A DNA stretch of 64,000 bases from Desulfobacterales bacterium (GTDB taxonomy: Bacteria > Desulfobacterota > Desulfobacteria > Desulfobacterales > UBA2174): contig CAXXWC010000021.1 of the NCBI GenBank assembly GCA_963668645.2, positions 1,312,001 to 1,376,000 of the forward strand, given 5' to 3'. Both the position numbers and the translations under genes were made by a program. The notes under the pieces are model-generated. The model was not told the DNA's origin. It did not search any database and saw only the letters and a program-made list of their open reading frames with translations. Each line of letters opens with the position of its first letter. The stretch's first letter is position 1. Positions 1 to 13,000 of the stretch are shown here, piece after piece.

Positions 1-1
1 C

Positions 2-3000
2 GCCCGAAGTCCCCTGATCGATGTCGCCGCTTGCCAGCACCGTCACATGACCGCTGCCCGCGTCCAGACCGGCATTCAGGGCCACCGATCCGCCTGCCGC
101 TTCCAGCCGTACATGGCCGCTGCCCGGCGCCGCAACGCCCAGTTCCGGTGTCAGGGTCCCGCCGTTGACCGTCAAATCGCCCGCGGATACCGTCAGCACC
201 AGGGCACCGTTGGCCGCGCTCGTCAAATCCTCGATCGTCTGTGCGACTTCCCCGGTCGTCCCGTTCTGGCCGACCCGTTCAACCGCCACCGTCACCGCAT
301 CGACGGTCAATCCATCGGATTCGATCACGAAGAGCCCGCCGCTGCTCGCAGCTGCTGCAAGCCGCGACACCGACGTGTCGATCGCATTGGCGCTCGTGCC
401 GATCCCGACTCCGGCCTCCAGGATCAATCCGCCGGCGGTGATGTTGACCGCCGTATCGGCCGCCGCATCACTGATCGAGCCGCCCGCTCCGGCCAGCACC
501 GCCACGTCGCCCTGGCCCGCATCGATCGTGCGCAGCGCAACGCTGCCGCCCGCTTCAAGACAAATGCTGCCGTCGGCACTGGCCGTTACCGTTCCGGTCG
601 CCATCGTGATGTTACGGCCCGCCAGAAGATCGATGGTCTTGCCGCTACCGCTGGCCGTGATGTTCGCGTTCTGCAACAAATCGCGGCCTGCCACGATGCT
701 GATATGGCCTGTGCTGCTCGCCAGTGAAACCGACAGGATCACGTCACCGGTTGCATTTACGGTCTGTAACAAGACGTTGCCCGCCGCGCTGATCGCTCCG
801 CTGCCGGCCTCGGCAACCAAATGACCGTTGGTGGCCACCAGAACCACCGCGCCGCCGGAAACCAGATCGGACTGCTCCCAGTCACTCTGATCCGAAAGTG
901 ACAAACCGTCGGTGCCCACCCGCTTGACCGTGATCGCCGATGTCTGGCCCACAGCCAAGCCGGTGGTATCGGTCACAAACAAGCCGGCTGCACCTGCCCG
1001 CGCACTCAAGCGAGCCACATCGGTCGTCAGGTGGCGGTTGCTCTCTCCCACCGCTCCGGCAGATTCGATCCGCAGCTGGTTGGCCGCCACGTCCAGATCC
1101 GTGTTGCCGGCAGCCCCGCTGTCGGTGATCGACGCGGCCTTGAGGCTCACGCCGGCCCCCGTGCTCAGGCTGCCGAGGCTAATCGCACCGGCCGCCGCAT
1201 ACCGGATATTGCCGTTGACCGCCGTTGCGGCCGCGCCGTCGGCCATCCGGATCGCATTGCCGGCCTGCACATCCACCGTGCCGTCGCCCGTGGTGGTGAT
1301 ATTGCCCGAAGCCCCCTGATCGATGTCGCCGCTTGCCAGCACGCTCACGTGGCCGCTGCCCGCGTCCAGACCGCCATTCAAAACCACCGAACCGCCTGCC
1401 GCTTCCAGCCGCACGTTACCGCTGCCCGGCGCCGCAACGCCCAGTTCCGGTTTCAGGGTCCCGCCGTTGACCGTCAGATCGCCCGCGGACACCGTCACCA
1501 CCAGCGCGCCGTTGGCCGTGCTCGTCAAATCCTCGACCGTCTGTGCAACTTCTCCGGTGGTCCCGCTCTGGCCGACCCGCTCAATCGCCACCGTCACCGT
1601 ATCGACGATCAATCCCGCCGATTCGATCACGAAGAGCCCGCCGCTGCCCGTAGCGGCTGCAAGCTTCGACACCGACGTGTCGATCCCATTGTTGCCCGTG
1701 CCGATCCCGACTCCGGCCTTCAGGATCAATCCGCCGGCGGTGATGTTGACCGCCGTATCGGCCGCCGCATCACTGATCGAGCCACCCGCTCCGGCCAGCA
1801 CCGCCACGTCGCCCTGGCCCGCATCGATCGTGCGCAACGCAACGCTGCCACCCGCCTCAAGACGAATGTCGCCGCCGGCGCTGGTGATACGCGTCCCGGC
1901 AGACATGGCAATATCGTGAGAAGCCAGAATATCGATGGTTCCGCTGCCCGCGGTGACAATATCTCCTCCAAGGCCCTGCACAATATCGCCGCCCGCCATT
2001 ACGCTCACATGACCGCTGCCCGCGTCCAGACCGGCATTCAGGGCCACCGATCCGCCGACCGCTTCCAGCCGCACGTTACCGCTGCCCGGCGCCGCAACGC
2101 CCAGTTCCGGTGTCAGGGTCCCGCCGTTGACCGTCAGATCGCCCGCGGACACCGTCAGCACCAGGGCACCGTTGGCTGTGCTCGCCAAATCCTCGAGCGT
2201 TTGTGCGACTTCCCCGGTCGTCCCGCTCTGGTCGACCCGTTCAATCGCCACCGTCACCGCATCGACAGTCAATCCATCGGATTCGATCACGAAGAGCCCG
2301 CCACTGCTCGCAGCCGCTGCAAGCCGCGACACCGACGTGTCGATCGCATTGGTGCCTGTGCCGATCCCGGCCCCGGCCTGCAGGATCAATCCGCCGGCCG
2401 TGATGTTGACCGCCGTATCGGCCGCCGCGTCGCTGATCGAGCCGCCCGCTCCGGCCAGCACCGCCACGTCGCCCTGGCCCGCATTGACCTTGCGCAGCGC
2501 AACGCTGCCGCCCGCTTCAAGACGAATGTCACCACCGGCGCTGCCCGTTACCGTTCCGGTCCCCATCGTGATATGCCGACCGGCCGAAATGTCGATGCTC
2601 CGGCCAGAACCGGATACCGTGATGTTCGCGTTCTGAAGCAGATCGCGCCCAGCGTTCAGGCTGATGTCTCCACCCGTGCTGGAGATGGTCGCCGACAGCT
2701 TGAGGTCTGCGGCAGCGTCCACGGTTGTTACCAGGATATCGCCCGGAGCGCTGATCATGCCGTTGACTGCCTCGATGATCAGGCTTCCAGTCGTCGCCAC
2801 CAAGACCAGCGGGCCGCTGGAAATCAATTTCCCCTGGGCTGCGTCGGATACGTTTGAACCGCTTGAACCGTCGGCGGCCACCCGTTTGACCGCTATTGCC
2901 GCCGTCTGCCCCACGATCAAACCCGTCTTGTCGGTCACAAAGAAGCCCGCAGTTCCGGCCCGGGCGCTCAACCGCGCCACGTCGGTCGTCAAATGGCGTT

Positions 3001-6000
3001 GGGGCTCGCCCACCGCACCGCTCGATTCGATCCGAAGCTGAACGGCCGACACGTCCACATCGGTGTTGTCGCTGGCACCGCTGTCGGTAATTGTCGCAGC
3101 TTTCAAACTGATATTGCCGCCGGTGGCCAGGCGACCCACACTCAAGGCGCCGACGGCCGCATAGCGGATATTGCCGTTGACCGCAGTCGAGGCTGCGCCG
3201 TCTGCCATCCCGATTGCGGCACCTGCCTGAACATCCACGCTCCCGCTGCCAGTGGTAGAGATGTCGCCGGCCACCCCCTGGTTGACGCCGCCGCCTGCCA
3301 GCACACTCACATGACCACTGCTGGCGTCCAAAGCAGCCTTTAGTTGGATATCGCCTGCTGCTTCCAGCCGCACGTTACCGCTTCCTGCCGCCTTGATGCC
3401 AAGATCCGGCGTCACCATTCCGCCCTCGACCACCAGATCGCCGGCGACGACAGTCAACACCAGTGCACCATTTGACGTGCTGGTCAGATCTTCAAGCATC
3501 CGGTCAAGACTGAAAGTCGTCCCATCCTGGCTCACACGTCCGACATCCACCGTCACCGCATCGACGGTCAATCCATCGGATTCGACAACGAATATGCCAC
3601 CGCTGCCCGCAGCCGCCGTCAAGATCGTCACCGCCGTGTCGATGGCATTTTCCCCCGTGCCGATCCCGGCCCCGGCCTCCAAAATCAGACTTCCGGCGGT
3701 AACGTTGACAGCCGTGCTATCCGCGGCGTCGACAATCCCCCCCTCCCCGGCTACGAGCGCCACCGCGGCCGTTCCCGCCGCGATCACTCCCAGCTCCAGG
3801 TCTTCACCCGCGTGCAGGACGATGTCGCCATCGTTGCTGCTTACGACCGCTCCAGGGGCCATCGTAATATGGCGCCCGGCCAGGATATCGATCGTTTTTG
3901 ATGCAAAGAGGGCTAAGATATCGGCGCCCTGGAGTAAATCCCGGCCGGCAATCACACTGATATTTCCATGCGCGCTGGAAAGGTCGGCGCCCAATTTGAT
4001 ATCACCGTCTACGCCGGCCGATTGCAGCAAGATATTACCCGCTGCGCCGATCTCTCCCCAAATCGGTTCACTGCTCAGGGTACCGCTGTTCGCAACCAGG
4101 ACCAGGGTGCCACTTGAAACAAGGCCCGATTGGGTTAAATCGGCCTGCAAAGCGCCCGTCTTCCCATCGGTGCTTACCCGATAAACGCCGATGGCGGCTG
4201 TCTGGGATACACTCAAACCAGTCAGGTCAGTCACGAAGAATCCCGGCTCGCCAGCCCTTGCGCTAAGGTGCCCAACATTCGTGGTCAAATGCCGTTGGCT
4301 TTCCCCCACCGCTCCGGTTGTTTCGATCCGAAGCTGATTGGCTGCGACATCCAGATCTTTGTTGCCATTTGCCCCGCTGTCGGTGATCGACGCGGCCTTG
4401 AGGCTTACGTTACCACCGGTTGCCAAACGGCCGATGCTCAAGGTGTTGGGCGTCAAGTAGCGGATATTGCCGTTGACCGCGGTGGCGGCGGCACCGTCGG
4501 CCATTCTAATCACGCCGTCGGCCTGCACATCGATGCCGCCGGTCCCAGTTGTGAAAATGTCGCCGGCTGCCGCCTGATCAAGATCGCCGCTGGCCAGCAA
4601 GGTTACATGGCCACCACCCCCGTCAAGCCCGGTGTTCAGGTCCACGTCGCCCGCCACCGCCTGCAAGCGGACATTGCCGAGGCCCAAGGCCTGCACACCG
4701 AGATCCGGCGTCACCGTCCCGCCCTGGATCACCAGATCGCCGTTTTCCACCGTCACCACGATTGCTCCATTGGCGGTCGTGATTAGGTCTTCACGAGTCT
4801 TGGAGCCCCATGTTGTCATGCCGTTGCGGCCCACGCGGGCAACGTCCACCGTCACCGGTTCAATGCTCAACCCATCGGGCTCGATCACGAAGAAACCAGC
4901 ACTACCCGCCGCTCCCGAAAGGGTCGTGACTTGTATGTCGATGGCATTGGCCCCGGTGCCGATCCCGATGCCGGCTTCCAGTATCAGACGGCCGGCGGTG
5001 ACATCGACGGCTGCGGTATTGTCGGCATCGCTGATCGAACCGGTCGCCCCGGCAATCAGGGCCACGTCGCCGGCACCGGCACTGACGGTGCGTAGCGCGA
5101 TGTCACCGCCTGCTTCCAGGCGAATATCGCCGCCAGCGCTGGCCGTGCTTGTACCGGCCGCCATGGTAATGTGACGCCCGGCATGAATGTCGATGCTATT
5201 CACTGCGCCGGAGGCCGTAATGTTTGCATTTTGGATAAGATCGCGCCCCGCCTCGATGCTGATATGTCCGATAGTGCTATTCAGCGCCTCCGATAGCGTG
5301 ATGTCGCCGGCTGCATCGGTGGTCTCCAATAGGATGTTGCCTGTCGCGCTGATCTCGCCGCTGCCGGCCTGACTGACCAGATGGCCGGTAGTGGAGACAA
5401 GTACCAGCGCGCCTCCGGAAATCAAATGATTCTGGGTGGCGTCGGACACGTCGGCGCTAATGGCGCCGTCGGTGTCCACTCGTTTGACCGTGATCACCGC
5501 CGTAGAACCGATCGTGATGCCGTTGGTCTCGGTGATGTAAATACCCCCGGTACCGGCCGCTACACTCAGCAGGGTTACCTCGATCTTCAGATGCTTTTCG
5601 GACGCCCCTACACCCGCGCTGCCTGTCGGCTTAGCACTGAGACGCAGCTCTTTGGCATATATGTTCACCAGGGTGTTGCCGGCATTGTTTAAAATCGAGC
5701 CGCCCGTGCTGGTGACGCTCACCGCCCCCCAGTTGGCCGAAACAACCGCACGTGTATCCAAAACGCCCAGGGTGATGGTTCCGCTGGCCTTGTAACGGAT
5801 GTTTCCGCCCGCGGTCTTGGTCATGGCGTTTTCATCCATGACGATCTTGCCCACCGTGCCGGTGCTTTCCATATCGATTGTTCCGGTTTCGGAAGTCGTT
5901 ATGTCGCCAGCGGCTCCCTGTTCGATGTCGCCTTTGGCCAGCAGCGTCACGTGGCCGCTGCCCGCATTCAGTGCGGCATGGAGGAAAAGGGAGCCCTTGA

Positions 6001-7000
6001 TCGCCTGCAGCCGCACATTGCCTGTACCCACTGCACTGACGGCCGCGTTGACGGTTAAATTACCGTTACTCTTGGTACCGCCGTGAACCACAATGGCGCC
6101 ATTGGCATGGACCTTCAATCCGGCAAGAGTCGCATCCCCGTTGTTGAACAGGGAGGTGCTTCCACTCGACCCGACACGCTTGACGGTCACGGGAGCGATC
6201 TCACCGATGGTCAACCCGTTGGTTTCCTGGATGAAGATCGAACCGCTCGCGCTTTCGGCCGCGATAAGGGCCACACTGGTGTGCAAGGGCGATGTCGAGG
6301 TCCCGATGCCGGCTTTGGCGTAAAGTCGCAAACTATCCGCAACGATATTTGTTGTGGGCAGGCCGGCGTAGACAATGGCGCCATTTTGCGCCACGATGCT
6401 CACGAGTCCGCTGCCGGCCGTCAACCGCCCGACCTGTACGTTTCCGCCGGCCTGCAATCGCTGATTCCCGTCGTTAAGGCTGTTGCTGTTGAGCCCCGCT
6501 CCGGTGTTCATAAGCAGATCGCCGCCAGCCTCCATATCAATGGTCTGCCCGGCCCCGCCTAATCCCAGCACCGTCACCTGAGCCGACTCGCTCATCAAGA
6601 GATCGGCTGCGGCAATTATACTGATGCTGCCGTTGTCGGATTGCACCGTATTGCGCAGGTTGATGCCTCCCGCCAAGGTAGTCAACAGGATGTGCCCCAC
6701 AACGCCGCTGGTGATCACGTTGCTCTCTACGACCAAGTTCCCTTCGGCGACCGTCAACACGATCTGGCCGTCCGAGCCTTCTGCGGTCACGCCGTTTTGG
6801 CCAATGGTCAACCCGTCACGTTCGAGGATGAAAATCCCGCCGCTGACGGTGTTCTGGGCCGTGAGTTCTTCGACCCGGATTTCGATGGCCTTGGTCCCCG
6901 TCCCGATCCCGGCAGCCGCTTGCAGGGTCAGCAGGCTGAGACTGGCGTCCACCAGCCCTGCATCGATATTCAGGGCGCTCGCAGCCAGGACATTGACAAG
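2..7000 (-). repeat. Filamentous-haemagglutinin-like beta-helix repeats, ~217-aa units alternating A/B with ~1300-bp period
   Basis: A motif (I-x-DA...TAV(N/D)(I/V)TAGxLILxAGxGIGTG) at ~440, 1742, 2402, 3701 and 5000. B motif (SITDSG...QLRIE...GAVGE..RHLTT) at ~1090, 3050 and 4345, with a diverged copy near 5660. The array continues past position 1. Confidence 0.9.
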
Positions 7001-10000
7001 GGTACCGGTTTCAGCAGTCAGGGCGACTTCGCCGCCGCTTTCGATCAGACTGAGGTGAATCGAACCACCAGCTACGTAAGTAACGGAACCGGTGGCCGTA
7101 ACCGTTCCCACCGCACGCGTTTTGCTGGCCTGGTGCATAACGATGTCACCGGCGGCTTGTGCTTTAATATTGCCGCCTGCGGTCAGGATATCGGCATTCT
7201 GAAGGATATCGGCCGAACCTGAAGTCAGGTCGATCGACCCGGTTTCGGCGGCCTCAATCTTGCCATTCAGTGTAATCGTGCCGTCAGCACTTAGCGTGAT
7301 GTCCCCGGTGGTGGTGGATATTCCGGCACCGGCATAGATCTTACGCCCTGCACCGCCCGCTATGAGCACCACTGATCCGCGACCTGCAACGCTGACCCCG
7401 CCGCCGGTATCGGAAATCTTGATATCTCCGTCTTCGGTGGTCAGCCTGATCTGACCCGCTCCTCCGGCATCTTCCTGGATCAGTCGATCCACACGCAAGG
7501 CGCCGGATTGGGCCACCACGTTGATTTCTATGTCCCCGCTGGAGCCAGAATTGGCCGCTTTCAGAAAATCGACGTATGCCCAAGGCAGGATGATTCCATT
7601 AGATGCACGGGCATCGATGGCGTTGGCACGCAGAACCTCATCATCCACACCGTCGGTCTCGGCGGCATTCATCTGCCGGACTCGCCCTTCGGCTGAATCC
7701 AACAGCAGTTGTGCGTTTTTAACCCACATCTGGTTGTAGAACGTTATCGCGCCCACCGCGTACAACTTAAGACTATGGGTGGTGACCAGGTACCTCGCCG
7801 GATCGCTGAAATCCTCCACCACGATCTGGCCGCCGTATATCGTCACGTTGTTCAGGAACGTCAGTTGCGAGCTGTCGTCGCCGCCAATGCGCACCAGACC
7901 GGCATCGGCGTCGGCATGGCCATTGTCCTCGTGACCGATGACGATAAGATCGAATGTCGCACTAAACTGTTTGAGCTCATCTAACGTAATGCTCAGTACG
8001 TCTCCGGTGTCATCGAACGGCGAAGCCACGTTTATCGTGCGACCCGGATCGGTCGGCCGCAGCGTCACGGTCCCTTCGCCCTGGATCTGCGCCGCGGCGG
8101 TCGGCAGATTGATCGTATTCGCTTCGATCCACATATCGCCCGGAACGCCTTCTGCCGTTCCGCTAAGTACAATTTCGCTCTCGTCGTCAAAATCGACCAC
8201 TGCCGCGCCGTTGATAATCAGGCTGCCACCTTCACCGAGGGTTAGATTGCCCATGAAGATGACCGTACCGGTGGCGTTAATGATCAGGTCGCCATTGATC
8301 CGAACGTCTTCATAGAAGGTCACGTTCCCGGCCGCATTGATGGTAAGCCCACTCAAGGGGTTGTCGTGCCCAACCTCGGCATTGATGATCACGTCGCCAT
8401 CGGCCGTGAGGGTCAGCCTGTTGTCGCCTTCACTGTCGCCGTCGAGGAAATGATCCGCATCGGGTGTTCCCAAGGTGATGTTGCCAGTACCCGATCCAGA
8501 GCCGGCTGTAAGGGTGGGGTCGCCGACGATGATCAGCGAGTCGTTCTGGGTGATGTCACCCGTGGAGGTGATGTTGGCGGCAATCGTGGTGGTAAAGCCC
8601 GAGCCGAAGGTTACGAAATTCCCATTGACTACGAGTTCCTGGTTAATCGCGATCTGCCCACCCTCGGATGGCGTCATGAGGGTCAGGCTGTCCTGGAATT
8701 CGACTGTTGAGTCGCCTGCAATCACGATGGGAGCACTGGTCTCGTTGGAGCCGATGATGATCTCGCCAAAGCCGTCGGCCAGATTGCCGATGGCGTCGTA
8801 ATCCAAAAAGAGGTCGCTGCCCGATCCGCCACCGCCCAGAAAGATCGGCTGCGATGGATCAAGGGCCCGGATCGTCAGAGTACTGTCGGCGCTACGGATG
8901 GTGTCAGAAATCAGCAACTGGTCGCCGGACAGGATGATGTCTTCTCCGCCGGCATCCACAGGCGCATCGATGATGGTCTGGTCGCCGCTGAGGTTGGCCA
9001 CGCCGGTTGCCCCGCCACGACTACCCGTGCCGACGCCGTCCGAAGCGATGATCTTACTGACGCCGGTGGTCAGAATAGCCACGGTGGACCGCTCGTTGCT
9101 GGACACGCGGATCTCGGCCGCATCCACCACCAGGGCCAGCGGGCTGTAAAGGAATCCCTCCACGTTCTGGCCGATCTCGTCCCGCGCATAAAGGGTCAGC
9201 AGTCCGTCGGTCTGCAGGTAGGGGCCATCCGCCTCCCGCAGCACATCACTGTTTTCCAGCCCCATATAGGGTTCATCGAGCCCGCTTACAAGGATTTCAC
9301 CGTTGGACGGGTTGACACTCACCTTACCGTTACGCAATGCCCAGTCGATGGCCGGATCAAAATCGTCACCCGCCAACAACCAGTCGACCGCGTCGGAATC
9401 GTTGATAATAGCGCCTTCGGGAGCATACAAACGGATTTCACCTTCCAGATCTCCGCCAACCCGGATTCCGTCGATCAGCGTGATGTCGCCCTGCTCGGCA
9501 AATACGCTCACCCCTCCGCCAGTGGTGGTTATGATCTTGCCGATGACGACCTGGCCATCGCCGGCATACAGCGTCACCTGGCCGGTAGCGGCCTCAATGC
9601 CATGGTAGGCCGCCAGCAACTCGATGTTGCCGTCCACGGTGGAAAGAGACGTGGTGCCGTCGCCGTTATTGACCACGCGGTAAATATTCAGGTCCCCGTA
9701 GTTGAGCATCGAGATCCCGCCGCTGGCGGTATTCTGCAGGTCGATACCGGCGACCTCCACCTCGATCTGCCCGCTATCGGCGATGCCGTTGGCGGCGGTG
9801 ATGACCAGAATCGCGTTGGGTGCGACGATGTCGGTATCGCTGTTGCCGGCATCAATCAGGGCGCCGCCGGCGGTCAGGACCAGATCGGTGGAGCTGGTGG
9901 TCCGGAGCTTGCCCACCGTCAGGTCGCCGCCGGCATCCATCGTGATCGATCCGGCCCCGGCGCGAATGAAGGTGTCGGCATCCATGGTCAGGGCGGCGCC

Positions 10001-13000
10001 GGCATCGAGAGTCACCGCGCCCGTCTCTGAATCGATGGAAGCCGCCGGCAGCATGCTGATGGCTCCCGCCGCGGTAATGGTCACCGGCCCCGTCCCGCTG
10101 GTGATGGCCTCGGCAATGATCAAGGAGCCGCCGGATCCGGCTATGAGCTCTATCGCGGCGCTGGCGATTACGCTGAGCGCAGTATTGATCGTCAGGTTTC
10201 CGGATGTCGTCAGGAAGATACCCGCTCCACCGGTGAACAGCCGCTCGACCAAGAGCGCTCCCTGGTTGATCAGGTTAACTGCGCCTGCGGCCTGCAAATC
10301 CAGAGTGTCGGTGTTCAATGACCCGGAAACACCACCACCTTGGGCGACCAAGGTGGTGCTGGTCATCTCCGCCGTGCTGTTGATGGTAATGGATCCGGTG
10401 GCCAGAATCGTCAAGTTGCCGCCGAAACCGGTGAAATCGGATATTGTGACATCACCGTCGACCACCAGCCGAACATCACCGCCGGCCATGACCAGTGAAC
10501 TGATCACGAGGTCACCGGTTTGTTCGATAGTCAGATTGCCGTCGCTGGTCATGGTCACGTTCAGGTCGATGACTTCGGTGACAACGGTCAGATCGTTGAG
10601 CGATATCAGGGTCAGCTGGTTCGCCGTGACCTTGCCGCCCAGTGCGATGCTGCCCTCGGGCGCTGTGACCATGACCGTACCGGAACCGACGTTCATCTCG
10701 GAGACCACGACAACATCGCCATGATCGCTGCCCAGCACGATATTGTCGCCCGAAAAGACAGGCAACGCCACCACCGACAAGTTTCTTTCGGCGATCACCC
10801 CGAAGGGACCCGCGGTGCGGTAAGGCAAAATCACCAGATAGTCGCCCGTCGGGTGCAGGGCCTCATCGCCTGAACTCAGGGCGGTATTTTCTGCAAGGGC
10901 CAAGAGGCTGAAGGGAGTGTTACTGGCGTCGGCCGTCAGGGTCAGCGTTGTGCCGCTGACGGATGCGGTAACAACATCGCCAGCGTCGATCAGGGTCTTC
11001 AATCGGTTGAGCAGCGAGTCCCAGCTACCAGTTACGCCGTCCTGGCCGACCTGGGCGGAATAGGTCGTATCGTTGATCCGCACCCGATAAAGAATCCCTT
11101 CTTCCGGGTCATCACCGTCGAAAACGACTCTGCTGATCTGCGGTTGGCTGCCGCCGGCAGGGACCACCGGGGTGCCGGCATCTTCATTGACGGCGCCGGA
11201 GACCGCAGGATGCTGCTCATCGAGAACCCGGACGCTTTCCACGGAGAAGGGGGCGTTGTAATCATCGGCCGTCAGGGTGAGCTTAAGGGCACCGGTATCC
11301 ACAGTGACAGTGATATCCTCGCCGGCCTCGATCAGATATGCGAGAGCCGAGAGCACCTTCTCCGCGTCTCTGGTGACGCTCTGCCCGTTGACGACATCCC
11401 CGGTGGACACGGTGTATTCGGTGCCGCCGATGACGACGGTGAAATTCGCTCCGACGGTTGTCGGTTCCGCATTGATAAACGCCGCCGCCTTGAAGATGAT
11501 CGTGCTGACCTGCTTGCGCAGGAAACCGGCCGCCTGCGACTCCACCAGTTCCTGAACCGCACCGCCGCGGGACACGTAGGCTGCATTCACCTTGAAGGGG
11601 GTGTTGTTGGCCCCCTGGAGCGTCAGGGTGCCAGCCGTGGTGTCGGCCGTCACGGTTAACCCGGAACCGGTCTGGATCGCGCTACGCAACTCGCTGAGGA
11701 CGGTGGAAAAGGCGCGCAGTTGCACTTCGCGGATGGCCACGTCGCTGACATACAGTTCGGCCTTGTTGTTCTTCGTAGCGATGGTGAGGGTCCGCGCCGT
11801 GGCGTTAAAGGTAACATCGAGATCACTGTTGAAATCCCCGACGATCAAATCCCTCAGTTTGGTCAACACCGACGTCCAGTTATTGGAAACCGGCACCCCG
11901 TACTGGCCGCCGCTGCCGGTCTGCACCTTGTAAAGCACTCCGTTGACCGACAGTTGGATGATCTGGCCGGAGTTCAGCGTGGTTGGGAACGTGACCGTGC
12001 CGCTGACCGACAATTCGGTGTCGCTGTCCGTGCCGCTCAGGACCAGCGACGGCTGCGAGGTGCTGTCGATCAGATTCGAACCGGCCACCGAATAGGCCAC
12101 GCCGTTGACCACCACCGTGAAAATGGCGTCGCGGTTGGCCGTGCTGGCAAAATCGATCACGCTGCGCTGGGGCTGGCCCGAGGTTGCCGGCTGTTCCGGA
12201 ACGAACCCGTTGCCTGTAAAAGCGGTTATATCGGAGACCACCGCGTCGATGGTAAAGGCCGTATTGTCCACCTCGGCCGCCAGGGTGAGGGTGCGATTGG
12301 CAGGGTCGGCGGTGACGGTGATGGCCTCGCCGTTCTCGATCTCCGTCACCAGTTGGCCCAGCAGACTGGCCCATGTCGCCGAAACTGTCACCACTTGGTC
12401 GGTGGCCTCGGGGGCCGCAGAATTGGCGTCTATCGCGGTCTCCAACCCGGCCAGCACTTGCGCCAGGGTGTTGCTCGGCTGGCAGGTGTAGTCGAAGCTA
12501 TTGCTGCCGAGCCACAGCCGATAGGTAATGTCGGACAGATTGATGGTTGCGGGGGCCAAGACGTCACTGAAATAGACCACCCACTGGTTGGTGACCCCGG
12601 TGGGGGAGGCCCAGATCAAGCCGAAGTCGGTCACCGGCTGAATCGACGTGGCCGTGACGCTGATCGATGGGGTGTCATAGCCACCGGTAGAAGCAACCGT
12701 AACGACGCTGATCCTCGTGTCGTTCAACACCTGCGCAGAGTAAAGGCCGCCGCTGTTTATTGCGGCAACCAATCCACTGACGATCTGAGCGCGGGTCTCG
12801 TTGTTTCGCGGCCCATAGGAGTACGCATTGCCGCCTATGGTGACTGTGTAAATACCCTTTTCCAACAACTCAAGGCTGTCAAGGACGATGCGATGTTCGG
12901 TGTAGTATTCAACTGTGTCGAGACCTGTAACCGTACCTCCCGTGGCCGTAAAGCTGATGGCAACCTGGCCGGCACCATCGGTAATCGAAATCAGACTACC

